A DNA stretch of 64,000 nt from Deinococcales bacterium. GTDB taxonomy: Bacteria > Deinococcota > Deinococci > Deinococcales > JAAFIG01. Both the position numbers and the translations under genes were made by a program. The notes under the pieces are model-generated. The model was not told the DNA's origin, searched no databases, and saw nothing but the letters and a program-made list of their open reading frames with translations. The stretch is taken from NCBI GenBank assembly GCA_031414595.1, contig JANNVX010000001.1, forward strand, positions 1 through 64,000, given 5' to 3'. Shown piece after piece: positions 40,022 through 50,046 of the stretch (position 1 is its first letter; every line of letters starts with the position of its first letter).

Positions 40022-40324
40022 GTGTTTGAACGAATTTTGCCCATAGAAGCCGATGCCCGTCTTAAGTCTGGGGCTGTGTTGATAGATGTCCGCGAACAAG
40101 ACGAGTGGGACGCGGTGCATGTGCCGAGTGCAACTTTAATTCCTTTATCCGAATTTCAGACTCGATACACCGAAATGCCCAAAGAAAAAGAGATTGTGCT
40201 GATTTGCGCTGGTGGTATTCGTAGCGCCCAAGCCGCCCAATTTGCTGCCCAGAACGGCTATACCGTGGTTAATCTCGAGGGTGGGATTAAGGCATGGATG
40301 GCGGATGGTTTACCCGTGGAATAG
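40022..40324 (+). CDS. Rhodanese-like sulfurtransferase
   Basis: LIDVRE..EW..HVP, CAGGIRS, LEGGIKAW. Confidence 0.9.
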   Translation: MFERILPIEADARLKSGAVLIDVREQDEWDAVHVPSATLIPLSEFQTRYTEMPKEKEIVLICAGGIRSAQAAQFAAQNGYTVVNLEGGIKAWMADGLPVE

Positions 40325-40331
40325 GAGAAAT

Positions 40332-40691
40332 ATGAGCGAGGCAATTGCAGAACCAAGTGTAACAATGCAAGCTGTTTTACCCACCGAAGAACAAATTCTC
40401 GAGGCAATGAAAGTCGTTAAAGACCCCGAAATCCCAGTCAATGTGGTGGATTTAGGCTTAGTTTACAGGGTTGTGGTTTCAGATTCTGGTCTGGTGGATG
40501 TTGAAATGACCCTGACTTCGGTCGGTTGCCCTGTACAGGACATGATTCGTGCCGATGTTGAGCTTGCTCTGATGCGCCTTGAGGGAGTTGAGGCAGTGAC
40601 AGTGGATTTTGTCTGGACTCCGCCGTGGACACCAAGCAAAATGTCCGAGGATGGTAAACGCCAAATGCGGATGTTTGGTTTTAATATGTAG
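40332..40691 (+). CDS. Metal-sulfur cluster assembly factor (DUF59/SufT-like)
   Basis: DPEIPVNVVDLGLVY, TLTSVGCP, WTPPW. Confidence 0.9.
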   Translation: MSEAIAEPSVTMQAVLPTEEQILEAMKVVKDPEIPVNVVDLGLVYRVVVSDSGLVDVEMTLTSVGCPVQDMIRADVELALMRLEGVEAVTVDFVWTPPWTPSKMSEDGKRQMRMFGFNM

Positions 40692-40695
40692 ATAT

Positions 40696-40728
40696 AAAAA
40701 AAACCACTCGTAACGGGTGGTTTTTTTT
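40696..40728. terminator. Bidirectional terminator
   Basis: A8-CCACTCG-TAA-CGGGTGG-T8 between convergent genes. Confidence 0.85.
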
Positions 40729-40740
40729 ACATTCTAAACT

Positions 40741-41757
40741 TTATAAAATGTCGTCACGGATACAGGCTTTAAAATGCCCCGGAGCAACCTCTTTTAATTC
40801 TGGGACGGTGTGTTCGCATTCAGTAATCTTGTAACGGCAACGGGTGCGAAAGACACAACCACTTGGCGGGTTAATGGGCGAAGGAATATCGCCCTCGAGA
40901 ATAATCCGTTCGCGTTTAATGGTTGGGTCTGGGATTGGCGCGGCACTTAAAAGCGCTTCGGTGTACGGGTGCTTAGGATTGGTGTACAACTCGCGGCTTG
41001 GGGCAACTTCCATGATTTTACCAAGGTACATCACGGCAACGCGGTCACAGATGTACTCAACCACACCAAGGTCGTGAGCAATAAACAGAACAGTTAAATC
41101 AAGGTCGCGTTGCAAATCCTCGAGCAGATTGACCACTTGGGCTTGAATCGAAACGTCAAGCGCCGAGACTGGTTCGTCTGCCACAATAAACTTAGGGTCT
41201 ACTGCCAAAGCACGAGCAATACCAATACGTTGACGTTGACCACCGCTAAATTCATGTGGATAACGACGCATGTGGTCTGGGCTAAGTCCGACGCGGCGCA
41301 ACAGGTCGGCTACGCGGTCAACCCGAGCCTGCCCTCTGGCAAGGTTATGAATCAGCAGTGCTTCGCCGATAATGTCACCAACGGTCATGCGTGGGTTCAA
41401 GCTGGCAAACGGGTCTTGGAAAATAATTTGCATCTGTTTGCGATACTCACGCATCTCGGTTTTGGATAACTTCACCACATCCACGCCATTGAATTTCACT
41501 TCACCCGAAGTTGGTTCAATTAGGCGCAGCAAAGCACGTCCGGCTGTGGTTTTACCCGAGCCAGATTCGCCGACCAAACCAAGCACTTCGCCTTTGGCAA
41601 TCTTAAAGCTGATGTCGCTAACAGCTTTCACGTTTGCCACAACTCGGGATAACAAACCGCCGCGAATCGGAAAGTATTTGACTAAATTATTGACCTCGAG
41701 CAAAGGCATTTCTTGGGTAGCGCTCGAAGGATTTTTTTCTAAAGCTGGTGCGGTCAT
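40741..41757 (-). CDS. oppF: Oligopeptide ABC transporter ATP-binding protein
   Basis: [34 protein letters not shown]. Confidence 0.93.
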   Translation of the reverse strand: MTAPALEKNPSSATQEMPLLEVNNLVKYFPIRGGLLSRVVANVKAVSDISFKIAKGEVLGLVGESGSGKTTAGRALLRLIEPTSGEVKFNGVDVVKLSKTEMREYRKQMQIIFQDPFASLNPRMTVGDIIGEALLIHNLARGQARVDRVADLLRRVGLSPDHMRRYPHEFSGGQRQRIGIARALAVDPKFIVADEPVSALDVSIQAQVVNLLEDLQRDLDLTVLFIAHDLGVVEYICDRVAVMYLGKIMEVAPSRELYTNPKHPYTEALLSAAPIPDPTIKRERIILEGDIPSPINPPSGCVFRTRCRYKITECEHTVPELKEVAPGHFKACIRDDIL

Positions 41758-41758
41758 C

Positions 41759-42772
41759 TTAAAGCTCCTTCCAACGGATACAACGACTCATATGCCCACT
41801 ACCCGTGTCCTCGAGTGCAGGAATGGCTTCTTTGCAAGCATCAATGGCATATTTACAACGCGGATGAAAGGCACAACCACTGGGTAAGTACAAGGGGTTT
41901 GGCACATTGCCCGGAATCGCCTCGAGCCGCTTTTGATCCATAATCGCATGGTCTACCCGTGGGATACTGTGCAGTAAGCCCATGGTATAGGGGTGCTTAG
42001 GGCGTTTGAAAATCTCGACCACATCGCCTTCTTCGACCACCCGCCCACCGTACATCACCACCACACGGTCTGCCATTTCTGCCACCACACCAAGGTTATG
42101 GGTGATAAACAAAATACTCATACCGATTTCGCGTTGTAATTTACGCATCAAATCCAGAATCTGGGCTTGAATCGTGACATCTAAAGCTGTGGTAGGTTCA
42201 TCAGCAATTAAAAGCGCAGGGTTACAACTTAATGCCATGGCAATCATCACCCGTTGGCGCATACCACCCGACATCTGATGCGGATAATTGGTCACCCGAC
42301 GGCGCGGCTCTGGAATACCGACCAACTCGAGCATGGTAATGGCAACTTCCATGGCTTCTTTTTTGGTTTTGCCTTGATGCAGCACCACCGCTTCGGCAAT
42401 CTGGTCGCCGACCGTGTAGACAGGGTTTAAGCTGGTCATCGGTTCTTGGAAAATCATCGAGACTTCGTTGCCGCGAATTTTTCGCATTTCGGCTTCGGAA
42501 ACCTTGGTTAAGTCTTTGGCTACCCCGTCCCGACCCCTGAAAATCACTGTGCCATCCACAATTTTACCCGGAGGGCTAGGGATAAGGCGCATGATGCTCA
42601 GGCTCGTGACGCTTTTACCACTGCCAGACTCACCAACCACCGCCAAGGTCTCGCCTTTTTGAATATGGAACGTTACACCGTCAACACTTTTAACAGTGCC
42701 TTCGTCGGTGTAAAAATAGGTCTTGAGGTTATTCACCTCGACCAGCGTTTCGCTGCTGGAAATATGTGCCAT
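41759..42772 (-). CDS. oppD: Oligopeptide ABC transporter ATP-binding protein
   Basis: [24 protein letters not shown]. Confidence 0.93.
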   Translation of the reverse strand: MAHISSSETLVEVNNLKTYFYTDEGTVKSVDGVTFHIQKGETLAVVGESGSGKSVTSLSIMRLIPSPPGKIVDGTVIFRGRDGVAKDLTKVSEAEMRKIRGNEVSMIFQEPMTSLNPVYTVGDQIAEAVVLHQGKTKKEAMEVAITMLELVGIPEPRRRVTNYPHQMSGGMRQRVMIAMALSCNPALLIADEPTTALDVTIQAQILDLMRKLQREIGMSILFITHNLGVVAEMADRVVVMYGGRVVEEGDVVEIFKRPKHPYTMGLLHSIPRVDHAIMDQKRLEAIPGNVPNPLYLPSGCAFHPRCKYAIDACKEAIPALEDTGSGHMSRCIRWKEL

Positions 42773-42869
42773 AGATAGAGTCCTCCAAAAAGAATGTAGC
42801 GATTATAACATTACAGGTGCTTTGGTGTTGCTCGAGAGGTCAGCTTTTGGCGCTTGCGTACCGTCAGCT

Positions 42870-44018
42870 TTATTGACGCTTACGGGGGTCAAGTGCGTCA
42901 CGTAGACCGTCACCTAAGAACTGCCAACACAAAACTGCCAAGACGATAAAAAATCCAGGTATCAGAATCCATGGTCGGTCAGTGATGCTCGAGAAAGAAC
43001 CCTCTTGCGCTTGAGCAATCAATGATCCCCAACTTGAGTATGGTTCACGAACACCACGCCCCAAAAACGACAAGCCAGATTCTGCAATGATTGCACCCGG
43101 AATTCCTAAAGATAGTCCCACAATCAGCAGAGAAAAAGTGATTGGTAGCATATGGATGCCAATGATTCGAGCTTCTTTCGCGCCTAAACTGGTAGCAGCT
43201 TGCACCATGTCCGATTCGCGTAAGGCACTGATTTGTGAACGGACTGTTCGCGCCAAACCACCCCAGCCGATTGCACCAAGCAGGAAAATAATCCCATAAA
43301 AAACAAGTATTGGATCTAGAGACTGAGGCAACAAAGCTGTTAAAGTCAAAAGCAAGAAAAGCCCCGGGATTGCCCCAATAATCTCCACCAAACGCATGAT
43401 GATATTATCCACCCAGCCACCATAATAGCCTGCAAGTCCACCAAAAATAAGACCAAGCAGCGTGGAAAGAGTCACGGCGAAAATACCAATGGTCAGTGAA
43501 ACACCCGCACCATACCAAAGCCGAGTAAATAAATCACGCCCGTACAAGTCTGCACCCAATAAAAAGATATTACATGGCTGGTCTACCCCAAATAAACGAA
43601 CCGTCATTGGGATGACAAAAAATAGTTTATAGGGCTGGTCGGGACGGTTATGAAAAAACTTAACGGGGCATTTTTGGGTTTTATCATCGGTAAAGACTTG
43701 TTGAAATGTATTGGGGTCATTGGTACGCTTAGTTGGGTAAACAAATGGTAAACTTAGACCTCCGTTTTCATCAAAAAAATGAACTCGGATAGGTGGATGA
43801 AATTTAGTTACATTGGTGGTGCTGTACTCAGACAAACCGTATGGGCTGATAAATGGTGCAAAAATTGCGCCAATATACAAAGCAAATAAAATAATGCCGC
43901 CGAAAACCGCAAATTGATGCTTGCGAAATTGCTCCCAAACTACCTGAGAGCGAGACTTTGAGGTAGCTGCCATACCTTGCATGGCATCTATACTGACAGG
44001 CGCTGAAGAAGCACTCAT
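42870..44018 (-). CDS. oppC: Oligopeptide ABC transporter permease
   Basis: LGADLYGRD, ESGLSFLG, GDGLRDALDP. Confidence 0.92.
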   Translation of the reverse strand: MSASSAPVSIDAMQGMAATSKSRSQVVWEQFRKHQFAVFGGIILFALYIGAIFAPFISPYGLSEYSTTNVTKFHPPIRVHFFDENGGLSLPFVYPTKRTNDPNTFQQVFTDDKTQKCPVKFFHNRPDQPYKLFFVIPMTVRLFGVDQPCNIFLLGADLYGRDLFTRLWYGAGVSLTIGIFAVTLSTLLGLIFGGLAGYYGGWVDNIIMRLVEIIGAIPGLFLLLTLTALLPQSLDPILVFYGIIFLLGAIGWGGLARTVRSQISALRESDMVQAATSLGAKEARIIGIHMLPITFSLLIVGLSLGIPGAIIAESGLSFLGRGVREPYSSWGSLIAQAQEGSFSSITDRPWILIPGFFIVLAVLCWQFLGDGLRDALDPRKRQ

Positions 44019-45001
44019 CAGAAGTACCGAATCCTTGGATCAACCACAGCCAGCAAGAAATCGGAAACCAAATTACCAATCACCAAAAGCACCAAAGATA
44101 CCGCCCCTATGCTCAAAAGCACATATATATCTTGAGAATTAAGGGCATCCAAGAAAACAGGAGTTAAACCAGGCCAATTAAAAACCACTTCAATAAAACC
44201 CGCCCCACCTAAAATGGCGGGCAGCAAACCACCTATTCCAGCAATAAACGGGGTCAAGGCATTGCGAAGGGTATGCTTGTAAATTACGGTGCGCTCGGGT
44301 AAGCCTTTGGCACGGGCTGTTCGCACAAAGTCTTGACTGAGAAACTCGAGCATTTGGGCGCGAAAAGTGCGCGATAAACCAGCAATATCGCCAATCAAAA
44401 GTGCCAGCATCGGTGCGAGTGCATGCCAAAGCACATCCAAAATTCGCCCAACAAAACTAAAAGTGTCGTGGTTTTCTGAAGTCATTCCACCAACAGGTAA
44501 CAACAGCGAACCTGTTTGTAGTTTATACGTGACCAAAGCAAAAATGATTAAAAGCGCCAGAAAGAATGAAGGGAATCCAATAAAAAAGTATGACACTAAA
44601 CTCAGCACTTTGTCGCCGAGCGAATACTGTCGGACTGCTCCGTAAATCCCAATTGGAATAGCAATTAAGTACAGCAAAAACAATTCTCCAAAAACAAGCA
44701 AGGCAGAGTTGCCAATTTTGGGGGCAATCAGATCCCAAACAGGAACATTGCTATCAAAAGAAACACCTAAATTACCTTGTAAAAAATTACCCAACCAGCG
44801 CACATATTGTTCGGGCAAGGACTTGTCCAAGCCAAACTGACGCTCAAGGCGCTCGATAGTGGCGGGTGTGGTTCTTGGGTCTAATTTTCTGGCATCTAAA
44901 AAATCGCCTGGAGCTGCCTGAATGACCAAGAAAGTTAGCATGGTAGCGCCAATGAACACTGGAATCAGGTTGATAAACCGACGCATAATGAATCCAAGCA
45001 T
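44018..45001 (-). CDS. oppB: Oligopeptide ABC transporter permease
   Basis: APGD, GNLG.SF, RTARAKGL, DPRIR. Confidence 0.92.
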   Translation of the reverse strand: MLGFIMRRFINLIPVFIGATMLTFLVIQAAPGDFLDARKLDPRTTPATIERLERQFGLDKSLPEQYVRWLGNFLQGNLGVSFDSNVPVWDLIAPKIGNSALLVFGELFLLYLIAIPIGIYGAVRQYSLGDKVLSLVSYFFIGFPSFFLALLIIFALVTYKLQTGSLLLPVGGMTSENHDTFSFVGRILDVLWHALAPMLALLIGDIAGLSRTFRAQMLEFLSQDFVRTARAKGLPERTVIYKHTLRNALTPFIAGIGGLLPAILGGAGFIEVVFNWPGLTPVFLDALNSQDIYVLLSIGAVSLVLLVIGNLVSDFLLAVVDPRIRYF

Positions 45002-45082
45002 AAGTTCCTCTTTTTATAAACGAAGGGGCTTTAAGGGCAAGGGGCGGGAATCTATCCCGCCCCTTGGGTACAAATGCTTAGA

Positions 45083-46831
45083 TTATTGGGCAATCCAAGT
45101 CATTGAGATTTCTCGAGTACCATTGATTGAGTTTTGCAAAGCATTTGGGAATTCACCACGGGTGCGTGAAGTCCAAGCAGCGTGGGTATTGGGTGAAACC
45201 AAGTAGACCCATGCTTGGTATTGCGATTCGATGTCTTGAACTTGTTTGGTAATTGTAACGCGCTTAGCAAAGTCAAGTTCTTGTTGACCACGTGAGTACA
45301 ACGCACCAGCTTGGGTTTCCCAAGGCTCGAGGCACTTGCCACTCTTGTTAAAAGCGTGGAGGTTTGTTCCGCAAGGTACGACGTTGCTACCCAATGGGTA
45401 AATTACGCCGCCACCGGAAAGACCAAGCAAAATCGCATCGAATTTGCGGTTATCGCCATCTTCGAGCAGTTGGGCAACAAGGCTGTTGAAGTCAATTGGT
45501 TTGAAATTAACTTTTACACCAGCCAGTTTTGCACCATCAGCAAAGATTTTTGCCATTTGTTCGCGTTGAATGTTACCAGCGTTGGTGGTGATGTCAAATT
45601 CGAGGACTTTGCCTTCACGGTTGACCAAGTAACCTTCGGAATTCTTTTTGCTGAAACCCACTTTCTCGAGCAGACCCTTAGCAGCTTCGAGGTTATAGTC
45701 ATACTTTTTAGCTGTGCCAGAAACCCAAGCCGTAAATGGCAAGTAGACACTGGTGTAAGCAGGCTGTGCCAAGCTACCGAAGACAATATCCACCATTGCA
45801 GCACGATTAGATAAGTGGCTCATGGCACGACGGAAGTTAGGATCGCGGAAGATTTTTTGCTTGAACGGATCGGCTTTACGATTCCAGTTAAAAACAATCC
45901 AGCTACTCGAGGCGGCTGCGCCAATATTTGGACGCAAATTTGCCTTGAGTCCGCCACCATCAATGGCACGTTTGACTTGTGAGAGTTGATCGGCATTGGC
46001 TGGAGCAAAGACATCGAGTGAACCACCCAAGAAAGCAGCTAACGAAGCCGCAGTGTTACCAACAATAGCAATGCTGCGTCCTTCGGCGTAGGGTAATTCT
46101 CCACCAGCCGAATCTTTATTCCAGTCACCAAAGAATTCATTCTTTTCAAAAGTTGCCCGTTCGCCGGGGCGGTACGAAGCAAATTTCCAGGCACCGCTCT
46201 GCACAACTTGAGCAGCAGGTGTGGAGAGTGTCCACATGGCTTTAATACCGGCTGCACCTTTGCTGGCATAGACAGGTCCAAAAACATGGTTTGGAAATGG
46301 ATCATAGGCTAAAATTTCGATGGCATCGGCAGCGACTTTAGGAAACTTAGCGCGAATGGTATCGCCATCTACTTTTTCAATAACAACTGGCTTGTCATCA
46401 ATAAAAAAGCTGTCGTAGCCGTTGTCGCCAACGTCTTCATCGGTGGTGATCTTAAAGGTGGTAATAAAATCATCAGCTGTAATTGCTTTGCCATCTGACC
46501 ATTTCATGCCTTTACGCAAGTTCATCGTCCAGACCAATTTATCTGACGAAACAGTGTATGAAGCTGCCATGTACGGCACATAGTCACCAGTGGAGGCATC
46601 AAACTTAAACATTCCTGCTTCGGCTGTGATGGTTTCTGGGATATTACCTGCTTCGGCTGTGGTAAACGGGTTTAAGGTCTTGTAATCCGAGATTGCTGAA
46701 CCACGGTATGTCCCACCACGTTTAGCTTCCGCTGGCGCTGTGTTTGACCACTTTGCCGGAAATACAAACGCTTGGGCTGCGGCGCTGCTGCCCAACGCCA
46801 ATGCAGCCACTGCTACTATTGCTTTCTTCAT
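45083..46831 (-). CDS. oppA: ABC transporter substrate-binding protein (family 5)
   Basis: Signal peptide; LRKGMKWSDGKAITADD. Confidence 0.9.
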   Translation of the reverse strand: MKKAIVAVAALALGSSAAAQAFVFPAKWSNTAPAEAKRGGTYRGSAISDYKTLNPFTTAEAGNIPETITAEAGMFKFDASTGDYVPYMAASYTVSSDKLVWTMNLRKGMKWSDGKAITADDFITTFKITTDEDVGDNGYDSFFIDDKPVVIEKVDGDTIRAKFPKVAADAIEILAYDPFPNHVFGPVYASKGAAGIKAMWTLSTPAAQVVQSGAWKFASYRPGERATFEKNEFFGDWNKDSAGGELPYAEGRSIAIVGNTAASLAAFLGGSLDVFAPANADQLSQVKRAIDGGGLKANLRPNIGAAASSSWIVFNWNRKADPFKQKIFRDPNFRRAMSHLSNRAAMVDIVFGSLAQPAYTSVYLPFTAWVSGTAKKYDYNLEAAKGLLEKVGFSKKNSEGYLVNREGKVLEFDITTNAGNIQREQMAKIFADGAKLAGVKVNFKPIDFNSLVAQLLEDGDNRKFDAILLGLSGGGVIYPLGSNVVPCGTNLHAFNKSGKCLEPWETQAGALYSRGQQELDFAKRVTITKQVQDIESQYQAWVYLVSPNTHAAWTSRTRGEFPNALQNSINGTREISMTWIAQ

Positions 46832-47071
46832 GCCATCCTCCTAGGTGTAGCTATACCAAAAACCCGAATTGAGTGTCTTGGTTCTCCAAGCATTTGCTTT
46901 GAGTTGTGCTAACACCGCTAACATATCAGGCAAAGTAACCAACGTCAAGCCATTTGGCTTAAGCCATTTTAACGTATATGACGCGCCAAAACGCATTTGT
47001 TGACACAGCCTTGACACAAAAAAGGAGTCTCGAGAAATTTCGAGACCCTGTTGTATTGCAAGTTCAGTGTG

Positions 47072-47308
47072 TTATAAACGAATTAGATTCAGTGCAATTG
47101 CCAGTAAAATAAAGGCTGCTCCGCCATAAACGGTTAAGGTCACAAGACCACCCGAAGCGCCACGTCCGCTCATAAAGTCTGATGCGCCGCCACCACCCAT
47201 TGTCGAAGTTAAACCACCTTGTTTGGGTTCTTGGAGCAGCACAAAATAGATTAAACTGGCGGCAACCAGCACGAAAATCAGTAAAAGTATCCAAAAAATA
47301 ATTGTCAT
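47072..47308 (-). CDS. secG: Preprotein translocase subunit SecG
   Basis: VLLQEPKQGGL...GGG; two TM segments. Confidence 0.9.
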   Translation of the reverse strand: MTIIFWILLLIFVLVAASLIYFVLLQEPKQGGLTSTMGGGGASDFMSGRGASGGLVTLTVYGGAAFILLAIALNLIRL

Positions 47309-47317
47309 AAGTTCCTT

Positions 47318-47399
47318 TGGTGCCGAAGGGGGGACTCGAACCCCCACGGTTTCCCGTCCGATTTTGAGTCGGGTGCGTCTACCATTCCGCCACTTCGGC
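47318..47399 (-). tRNA. tRNA-Leu(CAA)
   Basis: GCCGAAG acceptor stem, CTCAAAA anticodon loop, long variable arm, TTCGAGT T-loop, encoded CCA. Confidence 0.95.
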
Positions 47400-47458
47400 T
47401 TTCCCGTTTGCTTGGCAGCCGCAGGAGTGTATCACCTGTTTGGCTTTTCGGCAAGAGG

Positions 47459-48577
47459 TTAGAACCCCATGGCTTTCAGGTACTCGAGTAACGGCGCACT
47501 GTTTGTAAAAAAGGCAATCAACGCCCCAAGTGCCAGCCAAGGTCCAAACGGAATCATACTTTCGCCGCCGCGTAATTTGTGAATAATGCCGATTACTGCC
47601 CCAAGCAAAACCGCCACTGCCAAACCAAAAATTGCTCCAGTCCAACCGATAAATGCACCTGCGGCTGCCCAGAGTTTGACATCACCAAAACCCATGGCAG
47701 TTGGGTCAAGTTCTTCTTCGGGGATTTCAGGGCTGCTATCTGGAACATTGCGTAATTCAAGACTCCACCAGTACACCCCTGCCAATAATGCCATCGCACC
47801 AGCCGCTTGTAAGGCATTGGAAACGGCTGGTAAAAGCGCCCCGCTCGAGGCTTGAACAATAAAAGACAATAAGACTCCACCAAGGGTTATAAAATCGGGC
47901 ATTGGAAGCACTTTTTTAGCAATTAAATTGGCAAAAACCAAAACCAGACCCGCGATTAAACCCGCCACAATCCCGAACCAAGCCCCAATCAGCATTGCTA
48001 GGTGAATGTTGGCAAAACCTATCGGGTAATCCGGATGACGCGGTTCTCTAAAGCGCCGCAGCACCCAAGACCCAAAAGCAATGATACTCGAGATTAAACC
48101 CGCCCCAATCAGTGCGCCCTCAAGCGAAGCAGCAAATGTATTTGTCAAAAGCCCCACAAGTAAGCCAATACCGATGACTGGAATAGTCAGGGAATCTGGT
48201 AACTCGAGGGTCGCAAAGTCAATCGCACTACCCGCCAAAAAACAAGTGAACATCACCCATAAACCCAGCACCAAAATCGGATTCTCGAGCAGCCCGACTT
48301 TCCAAGCGATTGCCAAATAACCTAGAGCGCTGACAGCTTCGATGAAAGGATAACGGCTCGAGATGGGATTCTGGCAATAACGGCATTTACCACCCAAAGC
48401 TACCCATGAAAAAATTGGCACAAGGTCAAGCACCCCAAGCCGATGCGAGCAATTTGGGCAAGCTGAAGGCGGAAAGGCAATGCTTTTTTTAATCGGTATA
48501 CGGTAAATGAGAACGTTGGTAAAAGACCCAATCAGCGCCCCAAGTGTCGCTGCAATGATAAGAACAAAGGATTCCAT
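47459..48577 (-). CDS. pilD: Prepilin peptidase
   Basis: GSFTNV.IYR.P, two CxxC motifs, MGFGDVKL, PFGPWL. Confidence 0.92.
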   Translation of the reverse strand: MESFVLIIAATLGALIGSFTNVLIYRIPIKKSIAFPPSACPNCSHRLGVLDLVPIFSWVALGGKCRYCQNPISSRYPFIEAVSALGYLAIAWKVGLLENPILVLGLWVMFTCFLAGSAIDFATLELPDSLTIPVIGIGLLVGLLTNTFAASLEGALIGAGLISSIIAFGSWVLRRFREPRHPDYPIGFANIHLAMLIGAWFGIVAGLIAGLVLVFANLIAKKVLPMPDFITLGGVLLSFIVQASSGALLPAVSNALQAAGAMALLAGVYWWSLELRNVPDSSPEIPEEELDPTAMGFGDVKLWAAAGAFIGWTGAIFGLAVAVLLGAVIGIIHKLRGGESMIPFGPWLALGALIAFFTNSAPLLEYLKAMGF

Positions 48578-48590
48578 TGTGTGTATCGTA

Positions 48591-48663
48591 CTATGAGCTA
48601 TGAGCCAAAAGTAGCTATGGGCTATGAGGAAAATCAAAAGCCTCATAGCTCAAAGCCCAAAAG
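48591..48663. repeat. Heptamer repeats (CTATGAG) with an inverted counterpart
   Basis: ctatgag ctatgag ccaaaag...gctatgagg / cctcatagc. Confidence 0.55.
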
Positions 48664-48701
48664 CACATTTGCCGTTCAGGTGCTTGGTTTACAATACCCC
48701 A

Positions 48702-50018
48702 ATGAAACTCGAACGTCTTTTTCTTCCCGCCGTAGCTGTGGTTGGTGCTGGTGTTTTTGGTTACGCCCAACTTTTTTCTAGTAATGGCAATGATGTCTTA
48801 AATAGTCCAAATGGCAAAGCCTTCCTAGAAACCTTGGATGTTCTCGAGAAGAATCATTTGACCCCAGTCAACCGCGAAAAACTGCTTGAGGGAGCAATTT
48901 CGGGGATGCTATACGCCCTTGATGATGAGTTTACTTATTATATTCCCCCTGCCGAAGCCAGCACAGGACGCGAAGACCTGCAAGGCGAATTTTTCGGCAT
49001 TGGTGTCGGCATTAACCCTGCCAATAAGGACGGGACTGGGGTTCTGGTCGAAACGGTTTACCGAGGTTCGCCAGCCGCCCAAGCTGGACTGCAAGCCAAC
49101 GATGTTTTACTAACCGCCAACGGTAAGGATTTAACCAAATTACCTCTTGACCAAGCAGTACGTTTGATTCGTGGACCGAACGGTTCAACGGTTAAACTCG
49201 AGATTCTACGCAACGGGGCAAGAATCACGATCACCGCAACTCGAGCCAAAATCGTTAAAGTCAATGTCGAAAGCACCGTCTTGGCGGGGAATATTGGTTA
49301 TTTAGCGATTTCTGATTTTGCCAATCAAAAAGTCACCGAGCAATTACAAGCCCAATTAAAAACCTTGCAAAGTAAAGGCATTAAAGCCCTAGTTTTTGAC
49401 CTTCGCAATAACCCCGGTGGACTGGTTTCCCAAGCCGAAGGCGTGGCGGACACCTTTCTCGAGAAGGGCGATATTTTTATTACTCGGGATCGAAACAAAA
49501 AAGTGACCGTCGAATACAGCGCTAAACGCCAAGGCACAGACTTTAAGTTACCCGTGGTGGTGCTGGTCAACGGCTCGAGTGCCAGTGCTTCGGAAATTGT
49601 GGCGGCTGCCTTGCAAGAACTGGGACGCGCTAAAGTCGTGGGCGAAAAAACCTATGGTAAGGGTGTGGCAAACATCCCCACGCCACTTTCCAATAACGGA
49701 CAAGTCAATGTGGCTTTTAAGGAATGGCTGACCCCAAAGCGCAACAGTTTATACAAACGCGGAGTAACTCCAGATGCGATAGTTGCCGATACCCGTTATG
49801 GCAATATCTTAGCTCTCGAGGGAATTGGCGCTAAGCCGGGCAGCAGCATCGAAGTTAAAGTCAATGGCAAAACGATTAAATTAGTTGCCGATAAAACAGG
49901 TAAATTTGTGCATCAAGACACGCCGCCACGCAACAAAAACTCGAGTATTCAAGGCGAAGCCCTTGTGACCTTGGATAATGATGCACAGCTTAAAAAAGCC
50001 CTCGAGATGCTTAAGTAA
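48702..50018 (+). CDS. S41 carboxy-terminal processing protease (CtpA-like)
   Basis: PDZ domain, DLRNNPGG, SASASE, TYGKG. Confidence 0.92.
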   Translation: MKLERLFLPAVAVVGAGVFGYAQLFSSNGNDVLNSPNGKAFLETLDVLEKNHLTPVNREKLLEGAISGMLYALDDEFTYYIPPAEASTGREDLQGEFFGIGVGINPANKDGTGVLVETVYRGSPAAQAGLQANDVLLTANGKDLTKLPLDQAVRLIRGPNGSTVKLEILRNGARITITATRAKIVKVNVESTVLAGNIGYLAISDFANQKVTEQLQAQLKTLQSKGIKALVFDLRNNPGGLVSQAEGVADTFLEKGDIFITRDRNKKVTVEYSAKRQGTDFKLPVVVLVNGSSASASEIVAAALQELGRAKVVGEKTYGKGVANIPTPLSNNGQVNVAFKEWLTPKRNSLYKRGVTPDAIVADTRYGNILALEGIGAKPGSSIEVKVNGKTIKLVADKTGKFVHQDTPPRNKNSSIQGEALVTLDNDAQLKKALEMLK

Positions 50019-50046
50019 AATAGGGCGGGACATACCCCGCCCGTTT

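Noticed and set aside
47318-47399. tRNA as integration site of an island
   Set aside because: No integrase or duplicated tRNA 3' end seen; flanked by housekeeping genes.
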